Notes: generated from the sequence alone by a model not told the origin. A stretch of DNA of 64,000 nucleotides from Terriglobales bacterium (GCA_050747745.1 JBOGKM010000086.1:69734-133733); one strand, 5' to 3'. Shown: positions 53,181 through 63,450, counted from the stretch's first letter. Translations and numbers: made by a program.

Positions 53181-55085
53181 GTGAGTGAGAGCTACGATGT
53201 CGCCGTCATCGGCGGCGGACACGCCGGCGTTGAGGCCGCGCACGCAGCCGCGCGCCTCGGCCTGCGTACGGCCTTGTTCACCATCCGGATTGAGCTCATT
53301 GCTCAGATGTCCTGCAATCCCGCCATCGGCGGCATTGCCAAAGGCCACCTGGTGCGCGAAGTGGATGCGCTCGGCGGCCTCATGGGCGTGGTCACCGACG
53401 CGGTGGGGATTCAATTCCGCCTCCTGAACACCAGCCGCGGTCCGGCGGTCTGGTCGCCCCGCGCCCAGGCCGACAAAAAGCTCTATCGCCAGCGCGTGCA
53501 GCAGGTGCTGGCCGAGGTGCCCCATCTCACCCTGCGCGAAGGCGAAGTTGCCGATCTGGTGATCGAGACCGCGCCCGGCGGAGCGCGCCGCGTGCGCGGC
53601 CTCAAGCTGCGCGATGGATCCGTGGTCGCGGCCGAGACCGTGGTCATCACTACCGGAACCTTCCTCAACGGCCTCATCCACGTCGGCGAAACCACCTACC
53701 CCGCCGGCCGCGGCGGCGAACCCGCGGCCCAGCTTTTGGGCGAATCTCTCAAGCTGCTCGGCTTCACCTGCGGCCGCTTGAAAACCGGCACGCCCCCGCG
53801 CCTGGATGCCCGCACCATTGACTGGTCGCAGTTCACCCCCCAGCCCGGCGACGCCGAGCCCACGCCGTTTTCCTTCCAAACGCGCCGCATCGAGCGCGAA
53901 CAGGTGCTGTGCTATTCCACCTTCACCAACCAGCGCACCCACCGCGCCATCCGCGACAACATTCATCGCAGTCCGCTCTATTCCGGCCAGATCGCCGGCA
54001 TCGGTCCGCGCTACTGCCCCAGCATTGAAGACAAAGTCGTCAAGTTCCCCGAAAAGGAACGGCACCAGATCTTCCTCGAGCCCGAGGGTCTGGACACCAT
54101 CGAAACCTACCCCAACGGTCTGTCCACGTCCATGCCGCTCGATGTACAGCAAGCCATGGTAGCCAGCATTCCCGGCCTCGAAAAGGCGGTGATGCTGCGT
54201 CCCGGCTACGCCATCGAGTATGATTTTGTGCAACCCACCGAATTGCGGCCGACGCTGGAAACCAAAAAAATTGCCGGCCTCTTTCTGGGCGGCCAGATCA
54301 ACGGCACTTCCGGCTACGAGGAAGCCGCTTGCCAGGGCCTGATCGCCGGCGTCAACGCCGCGCTCCAGGTGAAAGGCGAGCCGCCCTTAGTGCTCAGCCG
54401 CACCGAGGCCTACACCGGCATTCTCGTGGACGATCTCATCGCCCGCGGCGTCGATGAACCCTATCGCATGTTCACCTCTCGCGCCGAGTTCCGCCTGCAC
54501 CTGCGCATTGACAACGCCGACGCCCGTCTCACGCCGCACGGCCGCCGTATCGGCCTGGCCGACGAGGACCGCTGGCGCCGGTTGGAGGCCAAGCAGCGCC
54601 GCCTCGACTCGCTCACGGCATTCCTGGTTTCCGCCACGCGTCCCGGCGATCCGGCTCCAGCAGCGCAAATGCTCAAGCGGCCCGAGCTCACGCTCCCGGA
54701 TTTCGCGCCCTGGCTACACCAGTGCCTGCCGGAACTGATGACCGCTCAGCAGCAGGCCGATCCGGCCGGATGGGAGCTGAAAACAGTCGAGACCGCGATT
54801 AAGTTCGAGGGCTATCTGGCGCAGCAGCGCCGGCACATGGAGCAGCTGCGTGAGGCCGAGGGCAAAACCATTCCCGATGGTTTCAACTACCGCGACCTCG
54901 CCGGACTCTCACGCGAAATGAGGGACAAGCTTTCCCGCATCCGCCCCGTCTCGCTTGGCCAGGCCTCCCGCATCCCCGGCGTCACCCCCGCCGCCCTGTC
55001 GCTGCTGCTGGTTCACCTCGAGCTGCGCCAGCGCCAGTCCACCCCGACCGCACGGGCCGCTAAGCTGCCAGGTCGGCTCGGGTGA
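53181..55085 (+). CDS. mnmG: tRNA uridine 5-carboxymethylaminomethyl modification enzyme MnmG (GidA)
   Basis: 634-aa ORF with a GTG start. It has the FAD motif [16 protein letters not shown], and [34 protein letters not shown] and [12 protein letters not shown]. Confidence 0.92.
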   Translation: MSESYDVAVIGGGHAGVEAAHAAARLGLRTALFTIRIELIAQMSCNPAIGGIAKGHLVREVDALGGLMGVVTDAVGIQFRLLNTSRGPAVWSPRAQADKKLYRQRVQQVLAEVPHLTLREGEVADLVIETAPGGARRVRGLKLRDGSVVAAETVVITTGTFLNGLIHVGETTYPAGRGGEPAAQLLGESLKLLGFTCGRLKTGTPPRLDARTIDWSQFTPQPGDAEPTPFSFQTRRIEREQVLCYSTFTNQRTHRAIRDNIHRSPLYSGQIAGIGPRYCPSIEDKVVKFPEKERHQIFLEPEGLDTIETYPNGLSTSMPLDVQQAMVASIPGLEKAVMLRPGYAIEYDFVQPTELRPTLETKKIAGLFLGGQINGTSGYEEAACQGLIAGVNAALQVKGEPPLVLSRTEAYTGILVDDLIARGVDEPYRMFTSRAEFRLHLRIDNADARLTPHGRRIGLADEDRWRRLEAKQRRLDSLTAFLVSATRPGDPAPAAQMLKRPELTLPDFAPWLHQCLPELMTAQQQADPAGWELKTVETAIKFEGYLAQQRRHMEQLREAEGKTIPDGFNYRDLAGLSREMRDKLSRIRPVSLGQASRIPGVTPAALSLLLVHLELRQRQSTPTARAAKLPGRLG

Positions 55086-56373
55086 TACGAAGCCCGTTGA
55101 GGTTGCCGAGCACCGTCAGGCCCATGCGCGCCGGGTCGAAGCCCTCCCCGGTAATGCGTTCCAGATCTTCCGCGCTCACCCGCTCGATGCGCTCCAGCAG
55201 CTCGTTCAGTCCAATATAGCGCCCGAAGTAGATCTGCTGCCGCGCCAGATTGGACATGCGCGCGCCGGTCGATTCCAGCCCCAGCATCAGGCTGCCCTTA
55301 AGGTTATCTTTGGCGCGCCGCAGCTCTTCTGCCGGCACCGGCGCGTGCCGCAACTCGCGCAACTCCTTCAAAATCGAGTCCACCACTTGCCGCACGGTGC
55401 GGTTGCTGGTGCCGGCGTAAATGCCGAACATGCCGGTGTCGCTATACGGGCTGAGGTCGCTGAACACGGCGTAGGCCAGCCCTTGCCGTTCGCGTATGTT
55501 CTGGAACAGCCGCGACGACATCCCGCCCCCCACCACCGTGTTCAGCACCGACCACGGGTACCGCTGCTCGCTCATCAGCGACTCGGCCGGCATGCCCAGG
55601 CAAATCTGCACCTGTTCCAACTGTTTCTTGTTGCGCATCACAATGCGCGCATGCGTGGCTGGGGCGATGTCACGATGGCCGTTAGGCTGCGCCTTCATGT
55701 CGGCGAACCAACGTTGCGCCAACTCGACCAGCCGGCGGTGCTGGAGATTTCCCGCGGCGGCAATGAGCAGATTGCCGGGTGAAAAGCAGGCATGGTAGTA
55801 ATCAAATAGCGCCGTCTGCTGCAGCCGCTTGATGGTTTCCTTGGTCCCGAGAATCGGACGGCCCAGCGGGTGATCCTTCCAGAAGTTCTGCGTGAAGATT
55901 TCATGCACGAGGTAGTCGGGATTGTCCTCGTCCATTTTGAGCTCCTGCAGGATCACTCCCTGCTCGCGCGCGATGTCCTCATTGCGAAACAGGGGATTCC
56001 GCACCAGGTCGGCCAGCACCTCCAGCGCCAAGGGCACGTGCTCGTCCAAGACCTTCGCGCTGAAACAAACATTTTCCTTCGACGTAAACGCATCCAGGTT
56101 GCCGCCGATGGAATCCACCGAGCGCGCAATCTCTTCCGCGGAACGGTGGCTGGTGCCTTTGAACACCATGTGCTCAATGAAATGCGTAATCCCATTGAGC
56201 TCAGCCGTCTCCCGCCGCGAGCCGTTCAGCACCCAGATGCCCATAGTCACCGAGCGCACGTGCGGCATGCACTCGCTTATAATGGTTAAGCCGTTGTCCA
56301 GAACCGTGCGTTCAACCTGCTGGAACTCACCGGCGCCAGGACAAACAAGTGGTTGAGTGCTGGGGCTCGACAC
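55060..56373 (-). CDS. M16 family zinc peptidase (insulinase/pitrilysin-like)
   Basis: Inverted zinc motif [14 protein letters not shown] (HxxEH). GTG 56373 has a GGGAGG SD 6 nt upstream; the ORF itself opens at GTG 56415. Confidence 0.85.
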   Translation of the reverse strand: MSSPSTQPLVCPGAGEFQQVERTVLDNGLTIISECMPHVRSVTMGIWVLNGSRRETAELNGITHFIEHMVFKGTSHRSAEEIARSVDSIGGNLDAFTSKENVCFSAKVLDEHVPLALEVLADLVRNPLFRNEDIAREQGVILQELKMDEDNPDYLVHEIFTQNFWKDHPLGRPILGTKETIKRLQQTALFDYYHACFSPGNLLIAAAGNLQHRRLVELAQRWFADMKAQPNGHRDIAPATHARIVMRNKKQLEQVQICLGMPAESLMSEQRYPWSVLNTVVGGGMSSRLFQNIRERQGLAYAVFSDLSPYSDTGMFGIYAGTSNRTVRQVVDSILKELRELRHAPVPAEELRRAKDNLKGSLMLGLESTGARMSNLARQQIYFGRYIGLNELLERIERVSAEDLERITGEGFDPARMGLTVLGNLNGLRITRADLAA

Positions 56374-56437
56374 GTGCGTCCTCCCTCTGGTGCTGCGCTT
56401 CCAATATTGTTGCACAATCAGCGGCAGTAAACCGACG

Positions 56438-57691
56438 ATGCCGCTGTCTCAACAAGACGCTGAAAACAAGGCACTTAGCCTTGGCGCCATGGCGCTCGAA
56501 GAGGCAGAGTGGAAGCAACTGGCGCTCGATTGGGGCTGGCCAGCCTACCGTGGCAGCCAGATTTTTACGGCGTTGCAACGCGGCCAGCCTCACGACTGGA
56601 ACGCTGTCCGCCAGATCAAACCACAAGAGCGCGAGCGGCTGGCAGCGGCAATGCCCATGCGCTGGCCCGAGATTGTCAGACGGATCGAATCCAGCGACGG
56701 CACTGTGCGCTACTTGCTCGCGCTGGCCGATGACGAACAGGTCGAAGCTGTTTACCTGCCCGACGAGGTTTTTGACGGCGAAGGAGGTAAGCTGCATCGG
56801 CGTACCACGTTTTGCATTTCCAGCCAGGTGGGTTGCGCGGTGAACTGCCAGTTCTGCTTCACGGCTACGCTCGGACTGAAGCGCAGCTTGAGCGCCGCGG
56901 AAATTGTGGCGCAGGTGCAGGCCCTGCTGGCTGAACACAACTTAGCTCCAGGCGGCAGGCAGGGGGGGAGCGATCGCGTGAACCTGGTGTTCATGGGGCA
57001 GGGCGAGCCGTTCCTCAATTACGCCAACCTGGTGCGCGCCTTGCGCGTCCTCACCTCGCCCCGCGGCGCGGGGCTGGCGGCACGGCGCATCACCGTTTCC
57101 ACCAGCGGCATCGTCGAGAAAATCCGCTGCTGGAGCAGCGAGCCGTTTTCGCACGGGCGGCCGCGGCTGGCGATCTCGCTCAATGCCACCAGCGATGAGC
57201 AGCGGCAGCGGCTCATGCCGCTGCATCTTGGCCAGGGCGGCATGGCGGCGCTGTTTGCCGCCATCGATGGTTACGCTTACCAGCCGCGTGAGTATTTGAC
57301 CTTTGAATATGTGCTCCTGGCTGGCATCAACGACCAGCCCGACGACGCCGACCGCTTGCTGCATTTTCTGGCGCCTCGCCGCGCCAAGCTCAACCTGATC
57401 GCCTGGAACGGGGGCGAGGGACTGGCGTTCCATGCGCCGGAGCCCCGCCGGGTATTGGCATTTCAGGCGCATCTGGTGGCAGGCGGCATCCGTACCTATA
57501 TTCGGCGTCCGCGCGGACGCGACATTTACGCTGCCTGTGGTCAGCTCGCCGCAGCCGGCCGGACTTCGCCGGACACTACGGTGCGCAACTCCCCTGTGGC
57601 GGTGCGTACCCGCAAAAATCCCTCCTCGTCCAGTCCTTCAGTCACGCCTTCCCAGCTCCCGCCCACACGCACCCTCAGCCCGCGCGCGTAA
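56438..57691 (+). CDS. rlmN: 23S rRNA/tRNA (adenine-C2)-methyltransferase RlmN (radical SAM)
   Basis: Motifs YRGSQIFTAL, the radical-SAM cluster CISSQVGCAVNCQFCFT, FMGQGEP and the C-terminal catalytic ACGQL. The last ~47 aa are a Ser/Pro/Thr/Arg-rich tail antisense to birA. The start is ATG 56438 or 56489. Confidence 0.85.
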   Translation: MPLSQQDAENKALSLGAMALEEAEWKQLALDWGWPAYRGSQIFTALQRGQPHDWNAVRQIKPQERERLAAAMPMRWPEIVRRIESSDGTVRYLLALADDEQVEAVYLPDEVFDGEGGKLHRRTTFCISSQVGCAVNCQFCFTATLGLKRSLSAAEIVAQVQALLAEHNLAPGGRQGGSDRVNLVFMGQGEPFLNYANLVRALRVLTSPRGAGLAARRITVSTSGIVEKIRCWSSEPFSHGRPRLAISLNATSDEQRQRLMPLHLGQGGMAALFAAIDGYAYQPREYLTFEYVLLAGINDQPDDADRLLHFLAPRRAKLNLIAWNGGEGLAFHAPEPRRVLAFQAHLVAGGIRTYIRRPRGRDIYAACGQLAAAGRTSPDTTVRNSPVAVRTRKNPSSSSPSVTPSQLPPTRTLSPRA

Positions 57692-58314
57692 CCGCTGCGC
57701 CGCTCCCAATCCCGCCGCAGCGCGGCATCATCGCCTTGCTGCCAGGCGGCGTATCGCCGCAGCAGCGCCTCGACGGCGGCAATGCACAGCCGGTCGCGCC
57801 GGCACGGGGCGGCGGTGTGTTGATCCAGCGCCGTTGCGGTAGGGCTCAGCTCTGCCGGCAGTGCGCTGCCGGCGACATTGATGCCGAATCCAAGCGCCGC
57901 CGCCATGTCCACGCCCTCGCCAGAGCATTCGAGCAGGATGCCGCAGAACTTTTTTCCCTGCAGCAGCAAATCGTTGGGCCAGCGAAGGTCGGACTGCAGC
58001 CCGCACACGGCCTGCACCGCGTCGGCCAGCGCCAGTCCTGCCGCCAGCGTCAGCCACGGCAGCTTGGCGGCGGGGCGGCGCGGGTGCAGCAGCAGGCTGG
58101 CGTAAATACCCGCGCCCGGCGGCGAACTCCACTGGTGTCCGTGGCGTCCGCGCCCGGCGGTTTGCTGTTCGGCGGCGAACAGCGAGCCCTCCTCGGCTCC
58201 CTCACGCGCCGCCGCCATCGCCGCCTGTTGGGTCGAATCCACCTGCTCGAAGAAGCGCAAGGCGGCGCCAAACCTGGTTCGCAGCCCCGCCGCGAACCCC
58301 TGGTCTGCGGTCAA
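57541..58314 (-). CDS. birA: Biotin--[acetyl-CoA-carboxylase] ligase
   Basis: Motifs FFEQVDSTQQ, AEQQTAGRGRHGHQWSSPPGAGIYASLLL and LRWPNDLLL. No in-frame ATG precedes the conserved region. TTG 58314 forms a TTGA overlap with the nadC stop and gives a typical group I length of about 257 aa. Confidence 0.75.
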   Translation of the reverse strand: MTADQGFAAGLRTRFGAALRFFEQVDSTQQAAMAAAREGAEEGSLFAAEQQTAGRGRHGHQWSSPPGAGIYASLLLHPRRPAAKLPWLTLAAGLALADAVQAVCGLQSDLRWPNDLLLQGKKFCGILLECSGEGVDMAAALGFGINVAGSALPAELSPTATALDQHTAAPCRRDRLCIAAVEALLRRYAAWQQGDDAALRRDWERRSGYARGLRVRVGGSWEGVTEGLDEEGFLRVRTATGELRTVVSGEVRPAAAS

Positions 58315-59210
58315 GCCCCCGCCCCACCCAACGGCACGATCCGCATGGACAGATCCGCCGCCGGGGCGGAATGCGTCAACGCTCCCACGCTGATGAAATC
58401 GGCCCCGGCTTCCGCATAGGCGCGCACCGTGGCCAGCTTCACCCCGCCGGAGACTTCCACCGGAACCCTGCCCGCCACCGCCGCCACCGCCGCGGCCACC
58501 TGCGGGGGCGTCATGTTGTCCAACAGCAGCCGCTCGGCGCCCCCGGCCAGCGCTTGTTGCAGTTCCTCGGGGTTGCGCACTTCGATTTCGATGGCTTGTC
58601 CGGGGCGGCGGCGCTGCCGCGCCCGCTCCAGCACCGCCCTCACCCCACCCGCCATTCGGATGTGGTTGTTCTTGATCAAAATCGCATCCGAAAGGTCCGC
58701 CCGATGGTTCCACCCACCCCCGCAGGTCACTGCGTATTTATCCAGCCGGCGCAAGCCGGGCGCGGTTTTGCGTGTATCCAGAATCTTTACCGGCAGCCCC
58801 GCCACCGCATCCACAAACTGCCGCGTCAGGGTGGCAATGCCGCTCAATCGCTGCAGCAAATTGAGCATCACGCGCTCGCAGGAAAGCAGCGGCTGCGCCG
58901 GCCCGCGCAGCACCGCCACGGTCTGCCCGGCATGCACGCGCACGCCGTCGAAGAATTCTGGCGTGTGGGACACTATGACGGGCGGCAGACTGGGCGCTGC
59001 ATCCATTTGGGTGCTCATAGCGGCAAAGCAGTCCAAGACGCGGGACACGAGTTGCAGTCCCGCCAGCACGCAATCGTGTTTGGCCAGGATTTCGGCTTGT
59101 GCCTCCCGATCCGCCGCCACCGTGAGCAGCGTGGTGGTGTCGGCGAGGGCGTGATCCTCCGTCAGCGCGCGCTCCAGCAGCGAGGTGATGCGAGGGCTAT
59201 TCCAATCCAT
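58311..59210 (-). CDS. nadC: Nicotinate-nucleotide diphosphorylase (carboxylating) / quinolinate phosphoribosyltransferase
   Basis: 299-aa ORF with ILDTRKTAPGLRRLDKYAVTCGGGWNHRADLSDAILIKNNH and a C-terminal SVGALTHS. Confidence 0.9.
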   Translation of the reverse strand: MDWNSPRITSLLERALTEDHALADTTTLLTVAADREAQAEILAKHDCVLAGLQLVSRVLDCFAAMSTQMDAAPSLPPVIVSHTPEFFDGVRVHAGQTVAVLRGPAQPLLSCERVMLNLLQRLSGIATLTRQFVDAVAGLPVKILDTRKTAPGLRRLDKYAVTCGGGWNHRADLSDAILIKNNHIRMAGGVRAVLERARQRRRPGQAIEIEVRNPEELQQALAGGAERLLLDNMTPPQVAAAVAAVAGRVPVEVSGGVKLATVRAYAEAGADFISVGALTHSAPAADLSMRIVPLGGAGA

Positions 59211-59229
59211 GCGTGATCGTGGACGAGGA

Positions 59230-59303
59230 TGGCTGCCGGGCAGGGACTCGAACCCCGATAGGCAGATCCAGAGTCTGCTGTCCTACCATTGAACGACCCG
59301 GCA
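59230..59303 (-). tRNA. tRNA-Gln (anticodon CUG), CCA encoded
   Basis: Folded by hand (74 nt). Acceptor stem TGCCGGG/CCCGGCA with the U1-A72 pair and G73 discriminator typical of bacterial tRNA-Gln. D arm GTTC/GGAC with an AATGGTA loop; anticodon stem GCAGA/TCTGC with loop CT-CTG-GA; T arm CGGGG/CCCTG with a TTCGAGT loop; terminal CCA. Confidence 0.88.
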
Positions 59304-59317
59304 GGGTTCGCTTGACA

Positions 59318-59323
59318 ATTATA
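59318..59323 (-). promoter_or_regulatory. Candidate -10 box for the tRNA-Gln gene
   Basis: A perfect TATAAT on the minus strand lies 14 nt upstream of the mature tRNA 5' end. There is no convincing -35. Confidence 0.3.
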
Positions 59324-59411
59324 CTTGATGCCCCTAGCCCGCCTTGCGGCCCCAGCGTGTGCGCGGACTGCGGTGCAGTTTCCGTTGATTGCACCCCGGG
59401 CAGGCTTGCAT

Positions 59412-61997
59412 CTAGAGCCGCATTTTAAACCATTGCTCCAGCCGGTCTGTAATCTCTTCAGCGCTTTCGCTGGGGAAATGCATCATCGGTCCAAACCGCA
59501 CACTCGCCGGTCCGCGATGCACGCGGCGCGCCTTGTCCGGCAGAATTTCGTACAGTCCACCCAATTGGATGGGCACCATGGGGAGCCGCAGCGCAGCCGC
59601 AAATACGCCGATACCGGGACGGAATGGGTGCAGCTTGCCATCGGGGGTGCGCATGCCTTCCGGAAAGATCAGGGGGCAGTAGCCTTGATCGGCTAACCGC
59701 CCGCTGTGGCGCAGCGATGCGGCGACGGCGCCGAAGGGAGTAAGCAGGTAGCCGTTGAAGAACAGTTGCGACAATTGCAGCCGCCAGCGGTCGCGAAAGC
59801 GCCGCCAGTGGGAGGCGCGGGGGTCAAAAGCCCCGGCATAGGGATCAATGCCCATGGCGGGCGCGAGCCAGGGGCGCCAGGAGCGCGGCATGGCGCGCAA
59901 GATGAGGGGCACATCCAGCAGGCTCTGGTGGTTGGCGACGAAAAAAATGGGTCGCTGCCAGTGGTCGAACTGCTCGGCTCCCTCGACCGTGCGGTGCGAA
60001 ACGGCGGTCGCCAACACCGGAAACACGATGCTGGTGAACAGACCGGAGCGCAGATGCCGCATTCCCGGCCGCAAGGGCCAGGTTTTCTCGTGCGCCGGTA
60101 CGAGCAGCGCCGGCGGGGAGCCGGAGATCGAGGGAGCGGCATCCCGGGGCGAGGAAGCGGGCGCCCGCCCGCCCGCCGCAGGCGCCAGCAGGGTGTCGAC
60201 GTCGGCCACAGTTTGCGCCAGGACCAGGGCGGTTTCGCCCAAACCGCCGGCGGCGTGCGATTCCATCCAACTGAACAGTTCCACGCGGTCCAGCGAGGAC
60301 AGTCCCAGGTCCGTGTCCAGGCGCGCTTGCGGTTGCAGGCGGGAGGCAGCTATGCCCCAGCGCTGTTCCACAAATTGCTTCCAGGTCTCGGCCGACTCGC
60401 TCGCCGAACGCTCCGGGGTGGCCGGCTCTCCCTGATTCAGCCAGCGGGCAATGGCCATGCGCTGGAGCTTGTGGGTGGAGGTGGTGCGCGGCAAATGCGG
60501 CTGCGGCCAACGCGAGGCAGCCCGCACCCGCTGGTGCGGTTCAAGTTGGGCGTTGGCGGCGGCCACGGCGGCATCCAGCGCCGACGCGGAAGCGCCGTCC
60601 TGCGCCACCAGCACCGCGTGGACCTTGCTCCCACCGTTGCGGTGGTCCTCGACGGCCGCGGCTTCGCTGATGGCGGGCTGCAGCAGCAGGGCACGCTCGA
60701 CGTCCTCGGGATAGACGTTGAGACCGTCGGCGGTCACGATCATTTCTTTTTTGCGCCCGAGAAAGACCAGGTTCTTATTGGCCTCCATGCGGCCTAAATC
60801 GCCGGTGTGCAGCCAGCCATCGGAGAAGGTCTGCCGGGTCGCTTCGGGATTCTTGTAATATCCGGGCGAAACGTTGCCCCCGCGGACCAAGATTTCCCCG
60901 TCCGGGGCGATTTTGACTTCGACTCCTTCCAGCGTCTGCCCCACCGCCCCGCGCCGGATCTTAAAAGGATGGGTAATGGCGATGGCGGGTGCGGTTTCGG
61001 TGAGCCCATATCCCTGCACGACGGCATAGCCGAGCGCATGCCAGCCCTCTTCCAGCTCCGCCGAAAGGGCCGCCCCGCCGACGATATAGGCCCACATTTT
61101 CCAGCCCAGCCGCCGGTGCAGCTTGCGCCAGCGCCAAAAGCGCCAGAGCAGGCCGTGGCCGTGGCCGATGCCAATGGCTTCGTTGAAACTCACGCCAATC
61201 TCCGCCGTCACCCATTGGCTGAACAAGTGCAGCTGCTGCGGCACCGCGACCAGAGCCGAGGCGCGATAGCGCTTCATCAGACGCGCCCACTGAGCGGGCG
61301 ACTGCGATTCCGGGTAGATTACGGTGCTGTCCACCATCTGGGGAATCAGCAAACCCATGATCTGCCCAAATAAATGGCTCAGCGGAATCAAGTGGATAAA
61401 GCCCAGCGGCAGCAGGATGCGCAGGCGCGCCTTGTATTTTTTCACCTCGTTGGCCACCGGGCGAAGGTTGGCGAGCACGTTGGCGTGGGTGATCATCACG
61501 CCTTTGGGATCAGCGGTAGCTCCCGACGTATAGACGATTTCCAAAAGCGTGCCGGGCAGTGGCAGGGGCGCTTCGGCCGGAATGGGGGCGGGCGCCAGCG
61601 CGCGAATCTGTTCAAAGCTCAACACGGCCGTGTCCAGCGTCTCGGTATGGTCGCTACACAGCAGCACCGCTTCGGTCTGTTGGCGCACGCGCGCCGCCAG
61701 CTCGGCGGAAAAAGCAGCATCCAGCGGCACCATCACTGCGCCGGCCAGCACGCAACCGTAAAACACCACGGCCCAGGCCTCTCCCGCCTGTCCCCACAGC
61801 ATGACGCGATCGCCGCTGTGCACCCCGCGGCGTTCCAACTCCTGTTTCAAAGCGCAAGCCTTGCCGATCAGCTCGGCGTAGCTCAGCCGATGGGAGCGAT
61901 ACAGATGCTGCTCGACCAGAGCGGTACGCCGTCCCAAGCGGGCCAGGCTGAGGATGTAGCCGGGCAGGGAGTTGAGCGTGGGGGAGTCGTTCGGCAT
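59412..61997 (-). CDS. Tri-domain protein: acyl-AMP/CoA ligase - carrier (PP-binding) - lysophospholipid/glycerol-3-phosphate acyltransferase (PlsC/LPLAT)
   Basis: 861-aa ORF. Adenylation motifs YTSGATADPKGV, QGYGLTETAP, GWLHTGDLGRME and GRKKEMIV. Carrier motif DLGLSSLDRVELFSWME. Acyltransferase blocks FVANHQSLLDVP (H-x4-D) and IFPEGMRTPDG. Confidence 0.85.
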   Translation of the reverse strand: MPNDSPTLNSLPGYILSLARLGRRTALVEQHLYRSHRLSYAELIGKACALKQELERRGVHSGDRVMLWGQAGEAWAVVFYGCVLAGAVMVPLDAAFSAELAARVRQQTEAVLLCSDHTETLDTAVLSFEQIRALAPAPIPAEAPLPLPGTLLEIVYTSGATADPKGVMITHANVLANLRPVANEVKKYKARLRILLPLGFIHLIPLSHLFGQIMGLLIPQMVDSTVIYPESQSPAQWARLMKRYRASALVAVPQQLHLFSQWVTAEIGVSFNEAIGIGHGHGLLWRFWRWRKLHRRLGWKMWAYIVGGAALSAELEEGWHALGYAVVQGYGLTETAPAIAITHPFKIRRGAVGQTLEGVEVKIAPDGEILVRGGNVSPGYYKNPEATRQTFSDGWLHTGDLGRMEANKNLVFLGRKKEMIVTADGLNVYPEDVERALLLQPAISEAAAVEDHRNGGSKVHAVLVAQDGASASALDAAVAAANAQLEPHQRVRAASRWPQPHLPRTTSTHKLQRMAIARWLNQGEPATPERSASESAETWKQFVEQRWGIAASRLQPQARLDTDLGLSSLDRVELFSWMESHAAGGLGETALVLAQTVADVDTLLAPAAGGRAPASSPRDAAPSISGSPPALLVPAHEKTWPLRPGMRHLRSGLFTSIVFPVLATAVSHRTVEGAEQFDHWQRPIFFVANHQSLLDVPLILRAMPRSWRPWLAPAMGIDPYAGAFDPRASHWRRFRDRWRLQLSQLFFNGYLLTPFGAVAASLRHSGRLADQGYCPLIFPEGMRTPDGKLHPFRPGIGVFAAALRLPMVPIQLGGLYEILPDKARRVHRGPASVRFGPMMHFPSESAEEITDRLEQWFKMRL

Positions 61998-62055
61998 GCG
62001 GCCGGAGCAGCGGCGAATGGCTCGCTGCCTTCCCAGTGTAAGCGATCCACCCAGC

Positions 62056-63450
62056 TCACACCGGCGTGGGATACAGACCTGTGTAGCAGGCTTTGCAGAA
62101 CTGGTCTTCGCGATTCTCCACGGCTTGGTCCAGACCCTCCAGCGACAGATAGGCGAGGCTATCGGCGCCGATGGCGGCGCGAATTTGCTCGACGCTTTGG
62201 TTGGCGGCGATCAGTTCGTGCCGCGAAGGCGTATCCACGCCGTAAAAGCAGGGAGCGATCGTGGGCGGGCAACTGATGCGCAGGTGCACCTCGCTCGCGC
62301 CGGCATCGCGAATCATGTGAACGATTTTGCGGCTGGTCGTGCCCCGCACGATGGAGTCGTCCACCAGGACAATGCGCTGCCCTTCCAGCAACTGCCGCAC
62401 CGGATTGAGCTTCAGCTTCACGCCAAAGTCGCGAATCTGCTGCGACGGCTCGATGAACGTCCGGCCCACATAGTGGCTGCGGATCAGCCCGAAGCGAAAC
62501 GGCATTCCCGCCTCTTCGGCGAAACCGACCGCCGCGGCTACTCCGGAATCCGGCACCGGGACCACGATATCAGCCGCAACCGGAGCCTGGCGCGCCAGAA
62601 TGCGCCCCAGGTTCTCGCGGCTCTGGTGCACGCTGCGCCCAAATACCAGGCTATCGGGCCGAGCAAAATAGACGTGCTCGAAAATGCACTGGCGCAAGGG
62701 CCGTGGCGCGCCAAAATGGTGCGAGGAAATCTCAGGCTGAGTCGAGCTGCCGCACACCTTGATCCACTCCCCTGCGGCGACTTCCCGCACGTAGCGCGCC
62801 CCGACCAGATCGAAGGCGCAGGTCTCGCTGGCAAAAATCACGCCGCCGTTTTCCAGCCGCCCCATGGCCAGGGGGCGGAAGCCCCAGGGGTCGCGGATCG
62901 CGTACACGCTATCCGGAGTGAGCAAGACCAGTGAGTAGGCTCCCTCGATGTGGGCCAGCGCCCCGGTCAGGGCCGCATCGAAATCCGCCGCCTGAGACTG
63001 AGCCAGCAAATGCAGGATGACTTCCGTATCGCTGGTGGTCTGGAAGATGGACCCTTGCGCCTCCAGGCGGGCGTGGATGGCAACCGCGTTGGTTAAATTG
63101 CCGTTGTGGGCAATGGCGAGGGTGCCCTTGTTGCAATCCACCGTCAGTGGCTGAGCATTGTTGACGCCGCTGTCGCCGCAGGTGGAATAGCGGGTATGGC
63201 CGATGGCAGCGCGTCCAGGCAGCTTCTGCAGCCAGCGGGGGGTGAAGATATCGGCCACCTGACCCATTGCGCGGCGGGCGTGGATCACCTCGCCGGGGCC
63301 GCGCGCCTCGCTGGAGGCGATGCCGGCCGACTCCTGGCCGCGATGTTGCAGGGCATACAAACCGAGGTAAGCCAGATTGGCGGCTTCCGGATGCCCCCAC
63401 ACTCCCACAACGCCGCACTTTTCTTTCAGCTTGTCCCAGGGAAGCTTCAT
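62056..63450 (-). CDS. purF: Amidophosphoribosyltransferase
   Basis: ATG 63450 has a GAGGAGGGGG SD. An 11-residue propeptide precedes the Ntn Cys (KEKCGVVGVWG). It has HRGQESAG, the PRPP loop VLVDDSIVRGTT, and Fe-S type cysteines (CPPTIAPCFYG, FCKACYTG). ATGA overlaps the purL stop. Confidence 0.92.
   Translation of the reverse strand: MKLPWDKLKEKCGVVGVWGHPEAANLAYLGLYALQHRGQESAGIASSEARGPGEVIHARRAMGQVADIFTPRWLQKLPGRAAIGHTRYSTCGDSGVNNAQPLTVDCNKGTLAIAHNGNLTNAVAIHARLEAQGSIFQTTSDTEVILHLLAQSQAADFDAALTGALAHIEGAYSLVLLTPDSVYAIRDPWGFRPLAMGRLENGGVIFASETCAFDLVGARYVREVAAGEWIKVCGSSTQPEISSHHFGAPRPLRQCIFEHVYFARPDSLVFGRSVHQSRENLGRILARQAPVAADIVVPVPDSGVAAAVGFAEEAGMPFRFGLIRSHYVGRTFIEPSQQIRDFGVKLKLNPVRQLLEGQRIVLVDDSIVRGTTSRKIVHMIRDAGASEVHLRISCPPTIAPCFYGVDTPSRHELIAANQSVEQIRAAIGADSLAYLSLEGLDQAVENREDQFCKACYTGLYPTPV

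Noticed and set aside
58315-58713. Upstream extension of the birA ORF to ATG 58713
   Set aside because: It would add ~130 Gly/Arg/Ala-rich residues fully overlapping nadC in another frame. The BirA homology starts near TTG 58314.
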